The position numbers were made by a program, and so were the translations under genes. Below, one piece after another: positions 41,688 to 59,663 of a stretch of DNA of 64,000 nt. The notes beneath the pieces are model-generated. The model saw only the letters and a program-made list of their open reading frames with translations. It was not told the DNA's origin and ran no database searches. The stretch comes from the human T2T-CHM13v2.0 reference genome, Homo sapiens. The first letter of the stretch is position 1. Every line of letters starts with the position of its first letter. The stretch lies in assembly GCF_009914755.1 (NCBI RefSeq), contig NC_060942.1; one strand, 5' to 3'.

Positions 41688-43280
41688 GCGGGGCGAGGAG
41701 GCGAGGAGAAAAGTCGTTTGCCTGCTAAGGAGCGAACATGACCTCCGCACACCATGAAGAAGTCGGGCGCCGAGTTGGGGCAGCAGGCGCAGGCGACAGC
41801 AGCAGCAGCAGGGGCCCGGGCAGGAGCGGCGGCGGCCCGAGGGGCGCTCCGTGGCATGCGCCAGTCTCCCGGAGGCCGGGGCGCGCGCGGGGGCCCGGGG
41901 GCGCCCGCCGGGGATCGGGGGCCTGCGCTCCGGCTGCCCCACCCCGCGCGGCCCGCGCCCTGCGCGGCTCTCCGGCCCCGGCGCGCCCCGGAGGAACCGG
42001 GCCGCCGCTTCCCTGGGGACGGCCGAGCCTGCCCCCGTCGGCGCCTCCCCAAAAAGAGGCCCCCCCGCAGTGGCTCCCGAATGTCGGGCTCGCCAGCCTC
42101 GGCTTCCTACATGGAAGGTCCGCGGGGGCAAAAAACGAAAGGCGTTCGGCTGGGCTGTTGGAAGAAGGAAAAAGCCTCTTTCCCCCTTGCTAAGCAACTT
42201 AATTTGGGGGTGGGGAGAAGCAGGCAATTAAAAAAAAAAAAGCAAGCGATTTATTTTTTTCCTCTATATCCTTAGTAACCGGATCTCCTCGAATTCCGCG
42301 CACACGAAGACTCAGGGGAGGGGGCCGAGTGGACTTCACCCCGCATGAGACGTCTGGCAAAATAAGAAGGCTCTCGCAAAACCTAACAACCAAATATGCA
42401 AAGCCCCAAATGACAACCACCACCTCCTCGAACCTCAGAGGTCTGGGGGCGTCCGGCTGGAACTGGGGTTTAAAAAAAGAAAATGTTTACAAAGTATAAC
42501 AAGATGTTTGATGGGTGGAAAAATGTATCCACGAGTTACATCCCCCCGTTTCCTTGCAAAGCCCCGCTGGTCTTCCTCTCCTTTTCTTCTGCCAAAAAAA
42601 AAAAAAAAAAATCGTGTATTTTTTTAATCCACAGAAAGCTTTGGCTAGACCGCTTCAATCCTGCGCATCTGGGTGGTTTAGGGGAGTCTCTGGTCTTTCC
42701 CCCTGCGCTCCTGGGGGCCCAGGTCCTCGGCGGGGACTTCCTCGAGGCTGGCGCGGGCGCAGGGGCAGAAGATGCTGCGGCGGCGGCTGAGCCCGGCGGG
42801 GCTGACAGCGCGGGGGAGGGTGGCGCGGCGGCGGCGGAGGGCCCCAGACGGGTCGCGCGTTCTCGCCCCCCCCGGGCACAAGCTGCTTGCTAGTGCAGGG
42901 GCCGCCGATGTCCTTTCCCCTGGCCGCGGCTGGCCGCCGAGGCTCCCCGCATGGGCTGCTCGCCTCGACCCAGCTGCGGCGGCAGGAGGCCCCGGTGTCC
43001 TCTCGGCGCCTCCTCCTCCGAGACTCTCCTCGTCGCGCCCGGGAGCCTCCTTGTCCCCGGTCCGCCCTCTCCTGGCGCTCCGGTCCTTCTGCCGCCGCCA
43101 GGGGCTCGCCGCGCCGCACTCAGGGGCTCAGGGGCCGGGCGCTCGGCGGCTCGGCGCCGACGGACTGGCTCTGTCTCGGGCAGCTCTCTCCCGCGCGGCG
43201 AGCGGACCGAGCACGGCGCCCGGCTGGCTCGGCTGGCGCGGCTCGGGGACAGGATCTTCCGTGCGCCGAGCAGCAAGCGA
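41688..43280 (-). other. SMAD7: SMAD7 5'UTR / non-coding part of exon 1; the TSS is uncertain (about 41970-43280)
   Basis: GC-rich, repeat-free sequence between the ATG and the SBE promoter. The upper bound comes from recall that the SBE lies ~200-280 bp upstream of the mapped TSS. Confidence 0.55.
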
Positions 43281-43314
43281 GTGTGCCCGGGGCTCACCGC
43301 CTCCCGCAAGGCCT

Positions 43315-43420
43315 CCCGCCCCCGCCCCCTTCCCTCCCCCTTCCTCCCCCTTCCCTCCCCCGCCCCCAGCCGCCGCAGCCGCCGCCGCCTCCTCCCCGCC
43401 CCCCCGCACCCCCCCTCCGG
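43315..43420 (-). promoter_or_regulatory. GC-box / G-tract region of the proximal promoter (Sp1/KLF sites, G-quadruplex potential)
   Basis: Many C4-C6 runs on the plus strand, including ccccgccccc motifs. Confidence 0.65.
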
Positions 43421-43473
43421 CCCTCTGCTCGGCTGGTTCCACTGCGCAGTGGCGCGCCCGGCTCCGGCCTCGT

Positions 43474-43490
43474 CACGTGGCCGTCTAGAC
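43474..43490. promoter_or_regulatory. TGF-beta response module: E-box CACGTG (43474-43479), 3-bp spacer, palindromic Smad3/4-binding element GTCTAGAC (43483-43490)
   Basis: Sequence cgtCACGTGgccGTCTAGACaccc matches the well-known SMAD7 promoter SBE with adjacent TFE3/USF E-box. Confidence 0.93.
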
Positions 43491-44567
43491 ACCCTGTCGC
43501 TTTAAAAAAAAAAAAAAAAGCGATTGTGTTTCGCAAACAACAGATCGGGTTTCTAAAAGCTATTTCTCCCCCCAACCCCCCGCCACCGCCACCCCCTCCC
43601 GGGTCTGTAGAGGGGGTACCGATGGAGGGGAGAGAGATAGGTGGGGGGCAGAGAAGCTCCCAGAATGGATTGAGCCCCGGCCGGAGCCATGGAGAAATTG
43701 GAAAAGCAGGGAGCACCGAGCGGGCTTCGCCGCGAGTTTTGGAGCTGAGCGAGCGGGTCGGTGGCCCGATTTCGACCCGGCTGGGTTTCGCGGTGGCCAT
43801 CTCGCGCGCGCTCGCCCTAGCGCTTCATTCATTGGTTTTGTTTTAAAGGCCCTGGCGGTGGATCCCTTGGCCGCGCCCGAGGGCAAGGGGAGGAGAGCGC
43901 TGTCTCGGTTTAAAAGACATTTATACCGGACTGGACCGAGGCCCTGGGAAGTGTGCGCTGAGGGGAACAGCCGCCGAGGGCGGGGAGGCGGCGTGAATAT
44001 GACCTCAGCGGCGGCCGCGCGCTCCCTCCCGCCCTCTCAGCTCCGGGCTCCGGTTTCTAGGACTGCCTGGAGAAGTGTGTCTTGTGCACAGCTCTGGAAT
44101 GCATTTGGCCGGCTGACGAGCTGTGAGGGGCAGCATCCCGGCGGGAGAAGGGGAGCGGGGGTGGGGGCTCGCCTGCGCGCCGCGGGCAGGTTTCCTCCCG
44201 GACCCGGAAGACCTCCGCCACCCGCCACCCTGCCTCCCGGCGCGGGAAGGTTACCCAGCGAGCAGACCTGCCTAGGGCATTCATTTGCATGCAGGCCCTG
44301 TTTCTGGGCCTCGTAGCTTTCAAGGTGCTTAGAGTCAGAGAGTTTATTCCTTGACCCCAGGTCCCGAAGAAACATATACCCAAGCTGGCGGGTTACTGCA
44401 TAGAAACGGGCATGGCATTGCTAGGGCATAAACGCATTTACAGCGTGAAAGCTGATGGCTCCGAGAAACGTAATGATTTAAATACACACACATCAGTATT
44501 GATGAGGCCACTAGTTGGCATGGTGATCTAACCTCACTTCATATTCAGTGAAATACGATTTTTTTAA

Positions 44568-44943
<376 letters not shown>

Positions 44944-44971
44944 TTAAAATAATCTTTAGAAAAGGTGAAAT

Positions 44972-45351
<380 letters not shown>

Positions 45352-45851
45352 TCAAGTCCTCTCCCCCTCTAGCAATTAAAAAGATTTCTAACATATTAGT
45401 ACAATAGTAGATGCTTAATAAATATTTAGAAATCAACACTTAGGGCTTAAGGGGCATTTGGACCCTTCCTCCACCCCACCAAAAGTACCTTTGGTAATAT
45501 AAATTCAAGAGGAAATCAGCAACATTGCTTACATGATCATTTCCAGGCAAGGAGATCCTAACACTTATTGACTTGGAAGATAGTAGGATGCCAAGCAGTG
45601 CAGAACCCTACTGGACGGACAGAAGCTGCCATTCTGAACATTTACTGTGTAAGGCCACATAAGCTGCAGTTGTATAACATCATAATTTTGTTGTAAATTA
45701 AAATATGGCTTGTATAAAAGGGCATTGAAACCTTGTGTGTGTATTAAAAAAACATTCTAAGAAGCAACCTGTGAAGACAGCAGCTGAGAAAGCACAGGAG
45801 AGAATGGAGAAGGAGTGTAATCCCAGCACTTTGGGAGGCCTATCATGATAG

Positions 45852-46184
<333 letters not shown>

Positions 46185-48700
46185 CAGAAATGGGATTTTT
46201 AAGGTGTCTGGGAAATGTATCATATTTTCACCTTAGAAAGGCTTAGAAAGAGTACCAGACTAGAGGTCAGAAAACCTGATTCCAGGCTGGGGCGTTGCCG
46301 CTCACTGGTTAAGCAACTAGGGCCAACAGCAATCCCCACGTTAGGCGAGCACTTGGCAGAGTTTATAAGATTTTCTGGGCAAGTTTCCGCTCTCTAGGGT
46401 CCCATTCCCTCTCTGTTCTGGATCTCCCTAAAAGATCTTCACTTATTGAGAGTGGTCAGACCAGGCTTCATAGCAACAGAAAGGACTTAAATAAGCAGAG
46501 AAAGTAGAGGTCATAATTCTAATTCAGTTTCTTGGCTAAATGGAGAATCTGAAGAATCTTTTGGAGATCTGGCCAGTAGTGCTAAGGCTCTGTAATGAGA
46601 GGCCGGAGCACACACAGGGCAGGTAGGTTTCATGGGTGTTTCAAGAGTGGAGTCTGACGTCACGGTTTGTCTGGGTGGAACATGCATGTACTTGCAGAGA
46701 TATGTTCCCGTATAGTGTAATTGTAGGTGTATTAATTCAGGTGTCACCCCTCTCTACACGGCTTTCCTCTTCCATTTTGCTACCCTAGGTAGAAGCTGGG
46801 TGCGGTGCTGAGCAAGTAGCTACAATGATTGGTGCTGCTTTATAGCTCCCTGGCATCCCCTGAATCAGTTAACATCCCAGCTTTCCTGATAGCCCCACCC
46901 CATCACATTCTTATCCCTCTCCTCTCCAAGAAAGAAGCCAGAAGCCTGGCAGTAGAGGAATTCCCGGCAGGCTGGTGTGCCTAGAAAGGTAGTTTCTTTC
47001 TTTCCCTTCCACAGGCACAAAGGAGGCCAACAAACACGCAGTTTCAGACTATTCTGACCCTTAAGAAAAAAGTTTAAGAGTTCACCAAACTATTGTGAAT
47101 GAGTTTGATTCTAATCATTTGCTGGCAGGGAATATGGAATAAAATAGCTCATTTGCAGTTGTTTATTTCCTGTTGTGGCTTCTATTTTCATCTTTTAGTC
47201 GCTTTGGTGATAGTAATCAAACCCTAATCATGGTGCCGCCACAAGTCACAGAGACCAAAATAACTTGCAGCAGAGTTATGACAAACAAGGATGGAATCAG
47301 CTAAAGACCTGGCTACTTAATCACCGGCCACTGCCGCCCAGAGGACTGTGGGGCTGCCTCTTGACCGGCTGCTGGCTAGGAATCTAGAGGAGAGAGGAAG
47401 TCGAGGGAAGTTGCTCCAAGGCCCATGTTTTCTGAGCAGCCAGGGAAGGCAGTAGAGTGCACAGGAAGTGACCGAAAAAGCAGGTGAATTCTCCACACCT
47501 GCCAAGGGGAGAGGCAGGCTTCTGGAGGGGCCTGACTTGAGAGAGAAAGAGGAGGGGAAAAAAATCTCCAAAACTCTTGACACCTCAAAACAATGATAAG
47601 TAAAAGCTGAAAAGTGCCTGTCTAGAGAAGACAGGATTCTGCCTTTCAGTTCTTTGCTCATTGTCAGTGGATTCCAGAAGAGAAGGGCAGAGAGAGGCCC
47701 CAAAGCATGTATGGATGTGTGTTGATGGGAGTGAGGACAGGGGTAAAGATTTTTTTCTTGCACAAGCCAAAAGAAGAAACCATTGAGGAGACCAAAAAAG
47801 TACTGGAAAACATCAACATTTCTTGCACAATCATCCCCTGAAAAATGTGTGAGTGAGCCCTAAACCATGCACAACTGGCAACAATACAAATGGAAGTGAT
47901 GGCTTATGAAAAGAAGACAGTACAAGGAAGGCTGATGGGACAATCAACGCTTCTTGGCTTCTCTTGGAAGAACAGGAACATAAGTGAATGAAAATGCATC
48001 TAATTCACTATCAAACAAAAATACTATAAGCCCGGACTCCACAAATATTCTTGGATTACAGACAAGCTGTCAGCTGATCCCCAACATTTGCCAGGTGCCT
48101 ATCCAGAGCATGCAACTAGGTATCAGGGATTGGAATGGGGGCAGGATGAAATGAATGTTGCTATGGAGGAGATGAGAAACATCCAGAAAAGGTAAAGAGT
48201 GAGGACAATAGAGACATTCAAATCTACAGTCACATTTAGATGCCGTTTCCTCCAAGGAGGGCCCCTGGACAGCTGAAGAACAGAACTGGGAGGGGAATTT
48301 TACTCTGTATAATTTTGTACCTTTTGAATTGTGAACCGTGTGAATGTGTTACTTATTCAAAAATAAACAGATTTAAATTGTTTTCAAATCTCTGCTTGCT
48401 TTTCTCATTTCCTGAAATTCGTTGTTCTGATGTCCTTGTAGAAAAGGACAAGTTGGCAAGGTCCCACGTGGAAATGATGCTATAGACAGCTTCTCTCTCT
48501 GTGAGGCAGTTGCTACAGGAAGAGGCTGGTAACAACAGAGGCCAATGTCTCATCCCAGACAGCAAGGGTGGAGGCTGCTTCGTCATGAGCCTGGCCAGAG
48601 TCAGCGAGGAAACATGCCCATCCTAATCAAAAGTCATTCCAGATATCAGTCAGGTGCAAGTCCTAACCTGGGATGGACAGCCTAATAAATACTGCTGTCA

Positions 48701-49104
<404 letters not shown>

Positions 49105-49448
49105 TCATTTAGCCAGCACTGATTCAGAGCTGATTGGAGTCAGGATCCAGGAGAGACCTCTGAGGGTTATAAATGTGAGGATTAATCAGCCTTTGCCCTC
49201 AAGAAGTCCACAGTCTAGGAGAGCCACAAACTCTCATGAAATGGGATCAGTGTTACCCCAGCAGCAAGAATGGAGGCACTGGCTCTAAGAACAGAAAGTC
49301 AAGGGACTCATTCTGTCTGGGAGAGGCCTCAAAAGGTTTCCCAAAGGAAGAAATATTTTAGACTAGATTAGCTGAGTTGACTAGCCAGGCAAAGGTGATC
49401 AGAGTCCTAATTGTCCTATCAAAAAGAAAAAAAAAAAAGAAAGGATTA

Positions 49449-50092
<644 letters not shown>

Positions 50093-51489
50093 CTAACTTT
50101 TCAATACCCAAGCCACACTTATCACTTAAGTGTATAACTTTATAAACACTCCCAAGCCATAGGAAGTCAGTGATGAAAGTGAGGTCCCTGCAGTGGGTGG
50201 TCTGGGAGGGCATCTCCCTCAGAAGGCAGTTTTCTCTGTAGAAAACATTGGAGGAAAAACACTAGATCGTCTACGGTTACAGAGAAGTTTCTCCTCAAAT
50301 AACTATAGAGATCGCCACGATCTCCACCCCTCAGATCAAGAGCAGGCCTTACTTGAGTCAAACTGGTTCATGTTAGGAAGTTGTGCCAGTTTTAAGACAA
50401 GTGGAAGGGAAGTACCCTCAGCAGGGAAGTTGGCTGAGATGCCTCAGTAATGGGGGTACTTAAATAATGCTCTCAAATGCCAACAACAAAAAATTATTAT
50501 TTGCCATTATCGTATAGACGGTGAGACATACAGTTGGCTGATCCCTACAGGTACTAAAAAATTGATTTTAAAGACAGCAAAGCAAGGAAATCAGTGTTGA
50601 GCCTAACCCAGATGGACCCTGATGGGTCCTGGTGTTATTTCTCACTGGCCATGTTGCAGACAAGTTCTTCATTCCAGCTTCCAGCCACTCAACTGGGCAG
50701 CTCCAAGTTCCTGGTCACATTGGGCTACCAAATTATCCTTTTCTGTTTTCTGATTTTTTTCCTATTTTTATCTTTCCCATTCCTCTGCCAAAAGTCCTTA
50801 ATGGGTCACTTAAGTGCTGAATTCTGCCTAGTAAGTGCTGGTTAGGATCTGAGCTATGAGACATGCTGGTAATCGTGATTCAGAACAGAAAGCCTGCGGA
50901 GGGGTGAATGATGTTTTATCTGTAGTAGGGAATTGGGACTAGAGCAAAGGGGTCATACAGGTGACCGCACATGCTGCCCCTGGCACGTGCTGGGACCCAC
51001 CGAAGGAGTGAGGGCCAAGGCATCTTGCTCATTCTCCCAACGCAGACCTAGGAGAATAGAAAGGCCCTCAGCTCGGCTTTAGGATTCAATAGACTTTTCT
51101 GCCATTGCTAGCTATAAGACCTTAGGGAAGTCTGTTTCCAGTCTGTCTACCTTCCTCATACAACAAACACTGAATTAACAATGTCTTGTGTCTTCTGTGT
51201 GCCAGACTCAGCGTGAGGCTCCAAGAACAAAGTCCTCACGGTGGGGTTGCTGGGAGGAGACGTTCACACCACAAGAGCCCCAGTGCTATGTAAACCAAGT
51301 GGTATACAGATGCTAATTATCATATTATCATGGATTCTGAGGTCCTAGCTGCCCAATAAGCACATTTTGCCTAATCTTCCGTGCCTAGGAAATGAATTTT
51401 TAGAGGAGATAATTGTCCAAGTGATAGGGTAATGAAGAAGGAAGCTACTTTTTCTAGTGGCTGGGATTTTGTTTGTGTGGGGGTTTTTT

Positions 51490-51787
51490 GTTTTCAGTTT
51501 TTTGAGACAGAGTCTCGCTCTGTCACGCAGGCTGGAGTGCTGTGGCAGGATCGTGACTCACCGCAACCTCCGCCTCCCAGATTCAAGCGATTCTCCTGCC
51601 TCAGCCTCCTGAGTGGCTGGGATTACAGTGTGCACCACCACACTTGGCTAATTTTTGTATTTTTAGTAGAAACGGGGTTTCACCATGCTGGTCAAGTTGG
51701 TCTCGAACCTCAAGTGACCTCAAGTGATCCGCCCACCTCGGTCTCCCAAAGTGATGGGATTACAGCCATGAGCCACCATGCCCGGCC
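51490..51787 (-). mobile_element. AluS-like element
   Basis: Reverse-complement dimer with degenerate T tail. Confidence 0.93.
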
Positions 51788-52483
51788 CCTTGTGTGGGTT
51801 TTATAAGGACCAGTTAGAACTCTGTCAAAGAGGTAAGGCTAGCGTCTGAGTTTAAAAACAAACAAATAAACCTAGGGAAATCTTTTCCCTGTTGGAATAA
51901 GAGAGGGATAAGTGAGGAAACAATGTAAGTGTTTTTAGTTCTTTTCTAGTACTACTATGAGTCATACATATTTTCCTGTGTCCTGGAAATATCTCCCCTG
52001 GTAATTATGAGATACAAGGAGGAAGTGAAGAGGGATTCATTTTCATGGAGAGGAGTTACCCAGTGGGCAGGATTCTGCTGTGCCCAATTTAGTTTTGATC
52101 CCCCTCTATCCCATAAACATTTCTTTTGAAGGCTTTCAAAGTTGGGGGAAGATGATGTTATTTAGCATTGTTAGAGTCTGGTAGACCATAAAGGAAAAAT
52201 CTGGAGAAATGCAGTAAAATGAGGTTCAAGCCAGAAGGGATTATAAACGTTACATAGCCCAGAGAGTCTCCATCTTCAGTCCATCTTATTTGGTACTTTT
52301 TCTTTGCTTTTTCTATTTTATTGATTTTTGAATAGGCAATGCATGCACAATGGTACACAATTCCAAGAATACAAAAGGGGAGGAAGAGAAAGATAAGGCT
52401 TCCTTCTACCTGGGCTGCCAGCCACCCATGCCTCTCATAGGCAGCCACCATTACAGCCAAAGAGGCAGAACATGAACAGGCCT

Positions 52484-52821
<338 letters not shown>

Positions 52822-52877
52822 TCAATATCTCAAAGGCACCCTGAGCTCATTAGGTCCCAGATAGGCCATCTTCCTCC

Positions 52878-53743
<866 letters not shown>

Positions 53744-53985
53744 CTCCCAAACAGGCTTTTCCTCCAGAGCTCCACGCTCAGAAAGCTCACTCCTCACCAT
53801 CCAGTGATCACAACCAGAAACCAAGGACAACAAACCTCTCCCTTACCCCTTATCCTACCAGCCCCAAAGCCTATCCATTTTATCTCCAAAATGCCTCTCC
53901 ACTTATCTGCTTTTCTCCAGTCTCACCCACCACAACCACCCAGCATCTGTCCGGGACTGGTCCACACCTTAGCCTCTGCTGTCTT

Positions 53986-54105
53986 CCTCAGACCCACCCA
54001 GTCCCTCTCCCCTGCCAGGTGGTCGGGCTCAGTGCTGATTTGAGTCCTCAGACCCACCCAGTCCCTCTCCCCTGCCAGGCGGTCGGGCTCAGTGCTGATT
54101 TGAGT
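53986..54105. repeat. 60-bp tandem duplication (2 copies, 1 mismatch)
   Basis: cctcagacccacccagtccctctcccctgccagg[t/c]ggtcgggctcagtgctgatttgagt at 53986 and 54046. Confidence 0.95.
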
Positions 54106-56029
54106 GCACAACCACCCAGCGGGGCTTCTGCACGCCCTTGGATCAAAGACAAATTCCCTTCCTGGCCATACAAAACCCTGAGTGACCTGGAGCCCTCTCC
54201 CTCCCTCCCGCGTCCCCTCAGTACTCTTCCTTCCATCCCACTGAGCGCGTTCACTTACACAGGGTGCTTACCAGTCAGCTTCCCAGCTGTGGAATCTCTG
54301 CCGGCTGCATTTTTTGAGTAAATGGCTGTATGTACAAAAAGAGTTCACATTCATTCCTCTTTTTTTCTTGGAATGGGCAGAGCATGTTAAGTAGAATTTG
54401 ATGATGGAGACGATGAAGAAATTCCTTGACGTTAATCTGAAATTGATCACTTGTTTAAAATTACACAAACACATCTTGCTTTTGAAAGAACCAAAGGGAA
54501 ATACCATTCAATGCCAAAAGAGGCCTAGGAAAGCAGGGATGAGCTCATTTGAAAAAGCCCCAGGAGCCTGATCAATGTCTAGGTTCTGGCTTTCCCAGAG
54601 GAGCCTCACTTGCCTTGCTTATGCTTTCTGCATGCAATACCTCCCAGTGCAAAGAGAGGGTAGTCACAGGCTCTGGGTGGAATGGGAGATCCCCATTTGC
54701 CCCCACATCCTTCCTCCTCCTGGCACATTGGTCTACTGGGTAGCAGCCCTCAGGCTGGGGGGAGCTCCCCAAGGGTTCCCTACCCAGGCCTCTGCCTCAC
54801 TCTCCACTTCCAGCTTAGTTTTCCCCTCTTCCGAGTCCCTGGATTCCAGGGGACACCAGCTCTGTGAGCATGAACACTCAGACTAGGGGAGAGGCCCCGA
54901 CAGTTGGCTGTGCGTGCCCAGAACTGCCTATCCAAGTAGACTTCTGCTGTCAAGCCAGAGACACTAAGGAACACCTACTCAATGAGCAGTAAATCCCTCA
55001 TGACGCTAGGAGAGGGTGGGCACACCCATTCCATCTCCCGCCCACCCCACTCCACACCCCACCAATCGCACTCACCCTTGATCTCAGCCAGCTGTCCCCT
55101 GGTGTCCTCCACTGGCCTTGGAGATGCAGGAGTACGGGAGAAGCGGAATAAATCCCACCCCAGCAAGAAAAATACAGGTCCCAGAGGCACTCAACAGACA
55201 TATGTTCCCTTCCTCCTTCTCTCCTGGTGACAGTGACAGATAGGGGCCCCCTGGGGCGGGTGGATATTTTCATCTTCCAAGAGAATGCACTCCATTACTC
55301 CAGGACTTTTCTGTCCTCTCCGCCTCCACACAGCCTTCCAGCCTAACACTCAGTCTCTCAAGGAATATTCTTGACACTTTAAAGGATCTGGCCAGCACAT
55401 AAGCCAATGTGGCTGCATTCTTTAATTAATATTTATTGAGTGTCCCTATTAGGTGCCTGGCAAGCTCAGAGTGTTGTATGTGGCTAAAATATCTATTCCC
55501 CTTCCTCTCCAAGAATGTGCGTTCCTGGACAACCCAGGAATGTGGACATGCCAAGTAAAGGAGCAGCACACTCTAGCAACAGCAAGAGCTGGGAGTCCAC
55601 AGACAGAGGCAGGACTCAGGGCCAGAGGGCAGGGGCTTGAGCCCTGGGGTCCCAGATGGGCTGTGTGACATCTAGCAGGTAATGTCACTTCTCTGAGCCT
55701 GTGTCTACAAAAATGTGATTGGCAATATCACTCTGCCTGCCTCCTGGGGCTGGGAATGTTGTAGAAACCAAGTAAGATCACATAAGTGATGTCTCTGGAA
55801 AAGTTTAAAAAGAATACCACATATTTCCTCCTAAATAAAATCTTTGGTGTCTGTCTTGATAGGCACAAAAATTGAATCAGGTTTAAAAGAATAGGATCCT
55901 AGGAAGTCAACATCTGAAAAACGCTATTCGTGGCATGAATTTAGATTTTGAGGCTCTGATCCAAACTGCGGATGAGCGCCTTTACCCTTTGATAAATATT
56001 AAATATACTCATCTTCAATTCTGTATCTT

Positions 56030-56210
56030 CAATTATATATATATCCTTCCCAATGTGTATGTATGTATATATAATACATATACATATAATTGAAGATTAT
56101 ATAAATGTATTATATACGTATACAATTATATATGTATATAATACAATTATACATGTATGTAATCTTCATTATATGTACATGTATTACATGTACATACACA
56201 CATACACATT
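56030..56210. repeat. Degenerate (TA/CA)-rich low-complexity tract
   Basis: tatatacgtatacaattatatatgtatata and similar. Confidence 0.8.
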
Positions 56211-56332
56211 GGGAGGAAGGACAGTCCTTTCCAGAGGTCCCTTTGCAACAATTTGATGCTGCATAGTTGCAAATGCAATAAACTCTATGCATGTGGCTAT
56301 GAATTAATTAGACTGTGAGATACCGTAAGTGA

Positions 56333-56678
<346 letters not shown>

Positions 56679-56769
56679 CAGAATTTTAATTTCATCCATT
56701 CTTATCGGATGTGTAAGTTGGTGTCATCTTTCTGGACAGCAGCAGACGATTTGAATCAAGAGCCTTAAA

Positions 56770-57685
<916 letters not shown>

Positions 57686-58185
57686 GTTCCAATTCTCTGA
57701 CCCAGTAATCCATCTAGATATCTGCTCAAAGGACAAGAACAGAAGATTAGGTGGCTCACAACTGTAATACCAGCACTTTGGGTCACAGGTGATAAAAGTC
57801 TTTGATACTGACCACATTGGGTAGCCAGCAGATGAGGTTCCATCCACACCAAGTGTCATCACTCAACTAACCTTGTGACCTTGGACACATCACTAAACCT
57901 CACTGGGTACCACCAAAAGAGGCATCAAGAAAGGCAGTGGTTAGAAGCACAAACTCTAAACTCTAGAACTAGGCTACCCCAATTCAAACATTAGCTCTGC
58001 CCCTTACAGTCATTATGACTCAATATTCACATCTGTAAAATGGGGGGATAATAATAGCACTTTCGTTGTAGGGTTGTTCTGAGAATTAAATTAATAATTG
58101 TATTAAAATATATAAAAGTTCTCAGAAAAGTACCTGACACATAGTAGTGTTCTATAAGTGTTAGCTGTAAAAATAACAACCATCA

Positions 58186-58781
<596 letters not shown>

Positions 58782-59102
58782 TCAATATTATTATTAATAA
58801 AATTTAGCTGTACATGGAAAAAAACAACTCTTAGGCTAGAAGGTAGATGAGCTCATTTAAAGATGAAATTTTAGATCCTGAAATAAGAGATTCTGTAGAG
58901 TCTCTTTTCTTGGGAATTGTGGACTCAGAGTTGGGAATAACATTAGAAATAATCGATAAGAAAGGTCATTCAACCTGTCTGAAGACTTTCAGGAACTGTG
59001 AGTTCCCTGCTTTCAAGGAAACCCATTCTTCCTTGCTGAACTTTCTAGTTAAAAGGCTGACTCCAATCTGAGTTGAAATTTACCGCTTATAACTTCCAGC
59101 TA

Positions 59103-59388
59103 TTTTTTTTTTCTTTGAGACAGGGTCTGGCTCTGTTGCCCAAGCTGGAGTGCAGTGATGACACTGCAGCCTCTTCCTCCAGGGCTCAAGCAATCCTACA
59201 CACCTCAGCCTCCCAAGTAGCTAGGAGTACAAGTGTGCACCACCACACCTGGCTAATTTTCTAAAAATTTTTTGCAGGGACGGTGCCTCCCTATGTTGCT
59301 CAAGCTAGTTTTGAACTGGCCTCAAGTCATCCTCCTGTCTCCTGTTCCCAAAGTGCTGGGATTACAGGCATGAGCCACTGTGCCTGTC
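59103..59388 (-). mobile_element. AluJ-like element
   Basis: gagacagggtctggctctg...ggctcaagcaatcct... Confidence 0.9.
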
Positions 59389-59663
59389 CTAATGTCTACC
59401 TATTGATCCTACTCTTACCTTCAGCAGCTGCATAACAAATGTAATCTAATTCCACCTGCCAGCCCTCCTTGAACACCTTCCTGCATCCTCCTTCACCCTC
59501 TCTCCTATCAACTGAACATTCTCTCTTCTGTCAGGTGATCATCCCAGGACAGGACGTCCAGCTCATGGTCACCCTCCTTTGGGAGCCTCAATTGGTCTAC
59601 ATTTCTGTTAAAAATTGCCACCCAGACTGCAGTGTTTGGGTCTGGAATGTTCTAGCTATGAAT

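Larger units (their letters stand above)
39800..44330. promoter_or_regulatory. CpG island over the promoter, exon 1 and intron 1
   Basis: Very high GC with dense CpG (cgcg, gcggcggc, ccgccg), unlike the CpG-poor flanks. Boundaries judged by eye. Confidence 0.9.

Noticed and set aside
41097-41741. 214-aa antisense ORF over exon 1
   Set aside because: Expected shadow ORF from GC-rich codon usage.
42655-44383. Many long Pro/Arg/Ala/Gly-rich ORFs (up to 319 aa) on both strands
   Set aside because: CpG-island composition lacks stop codons; no protein family features.
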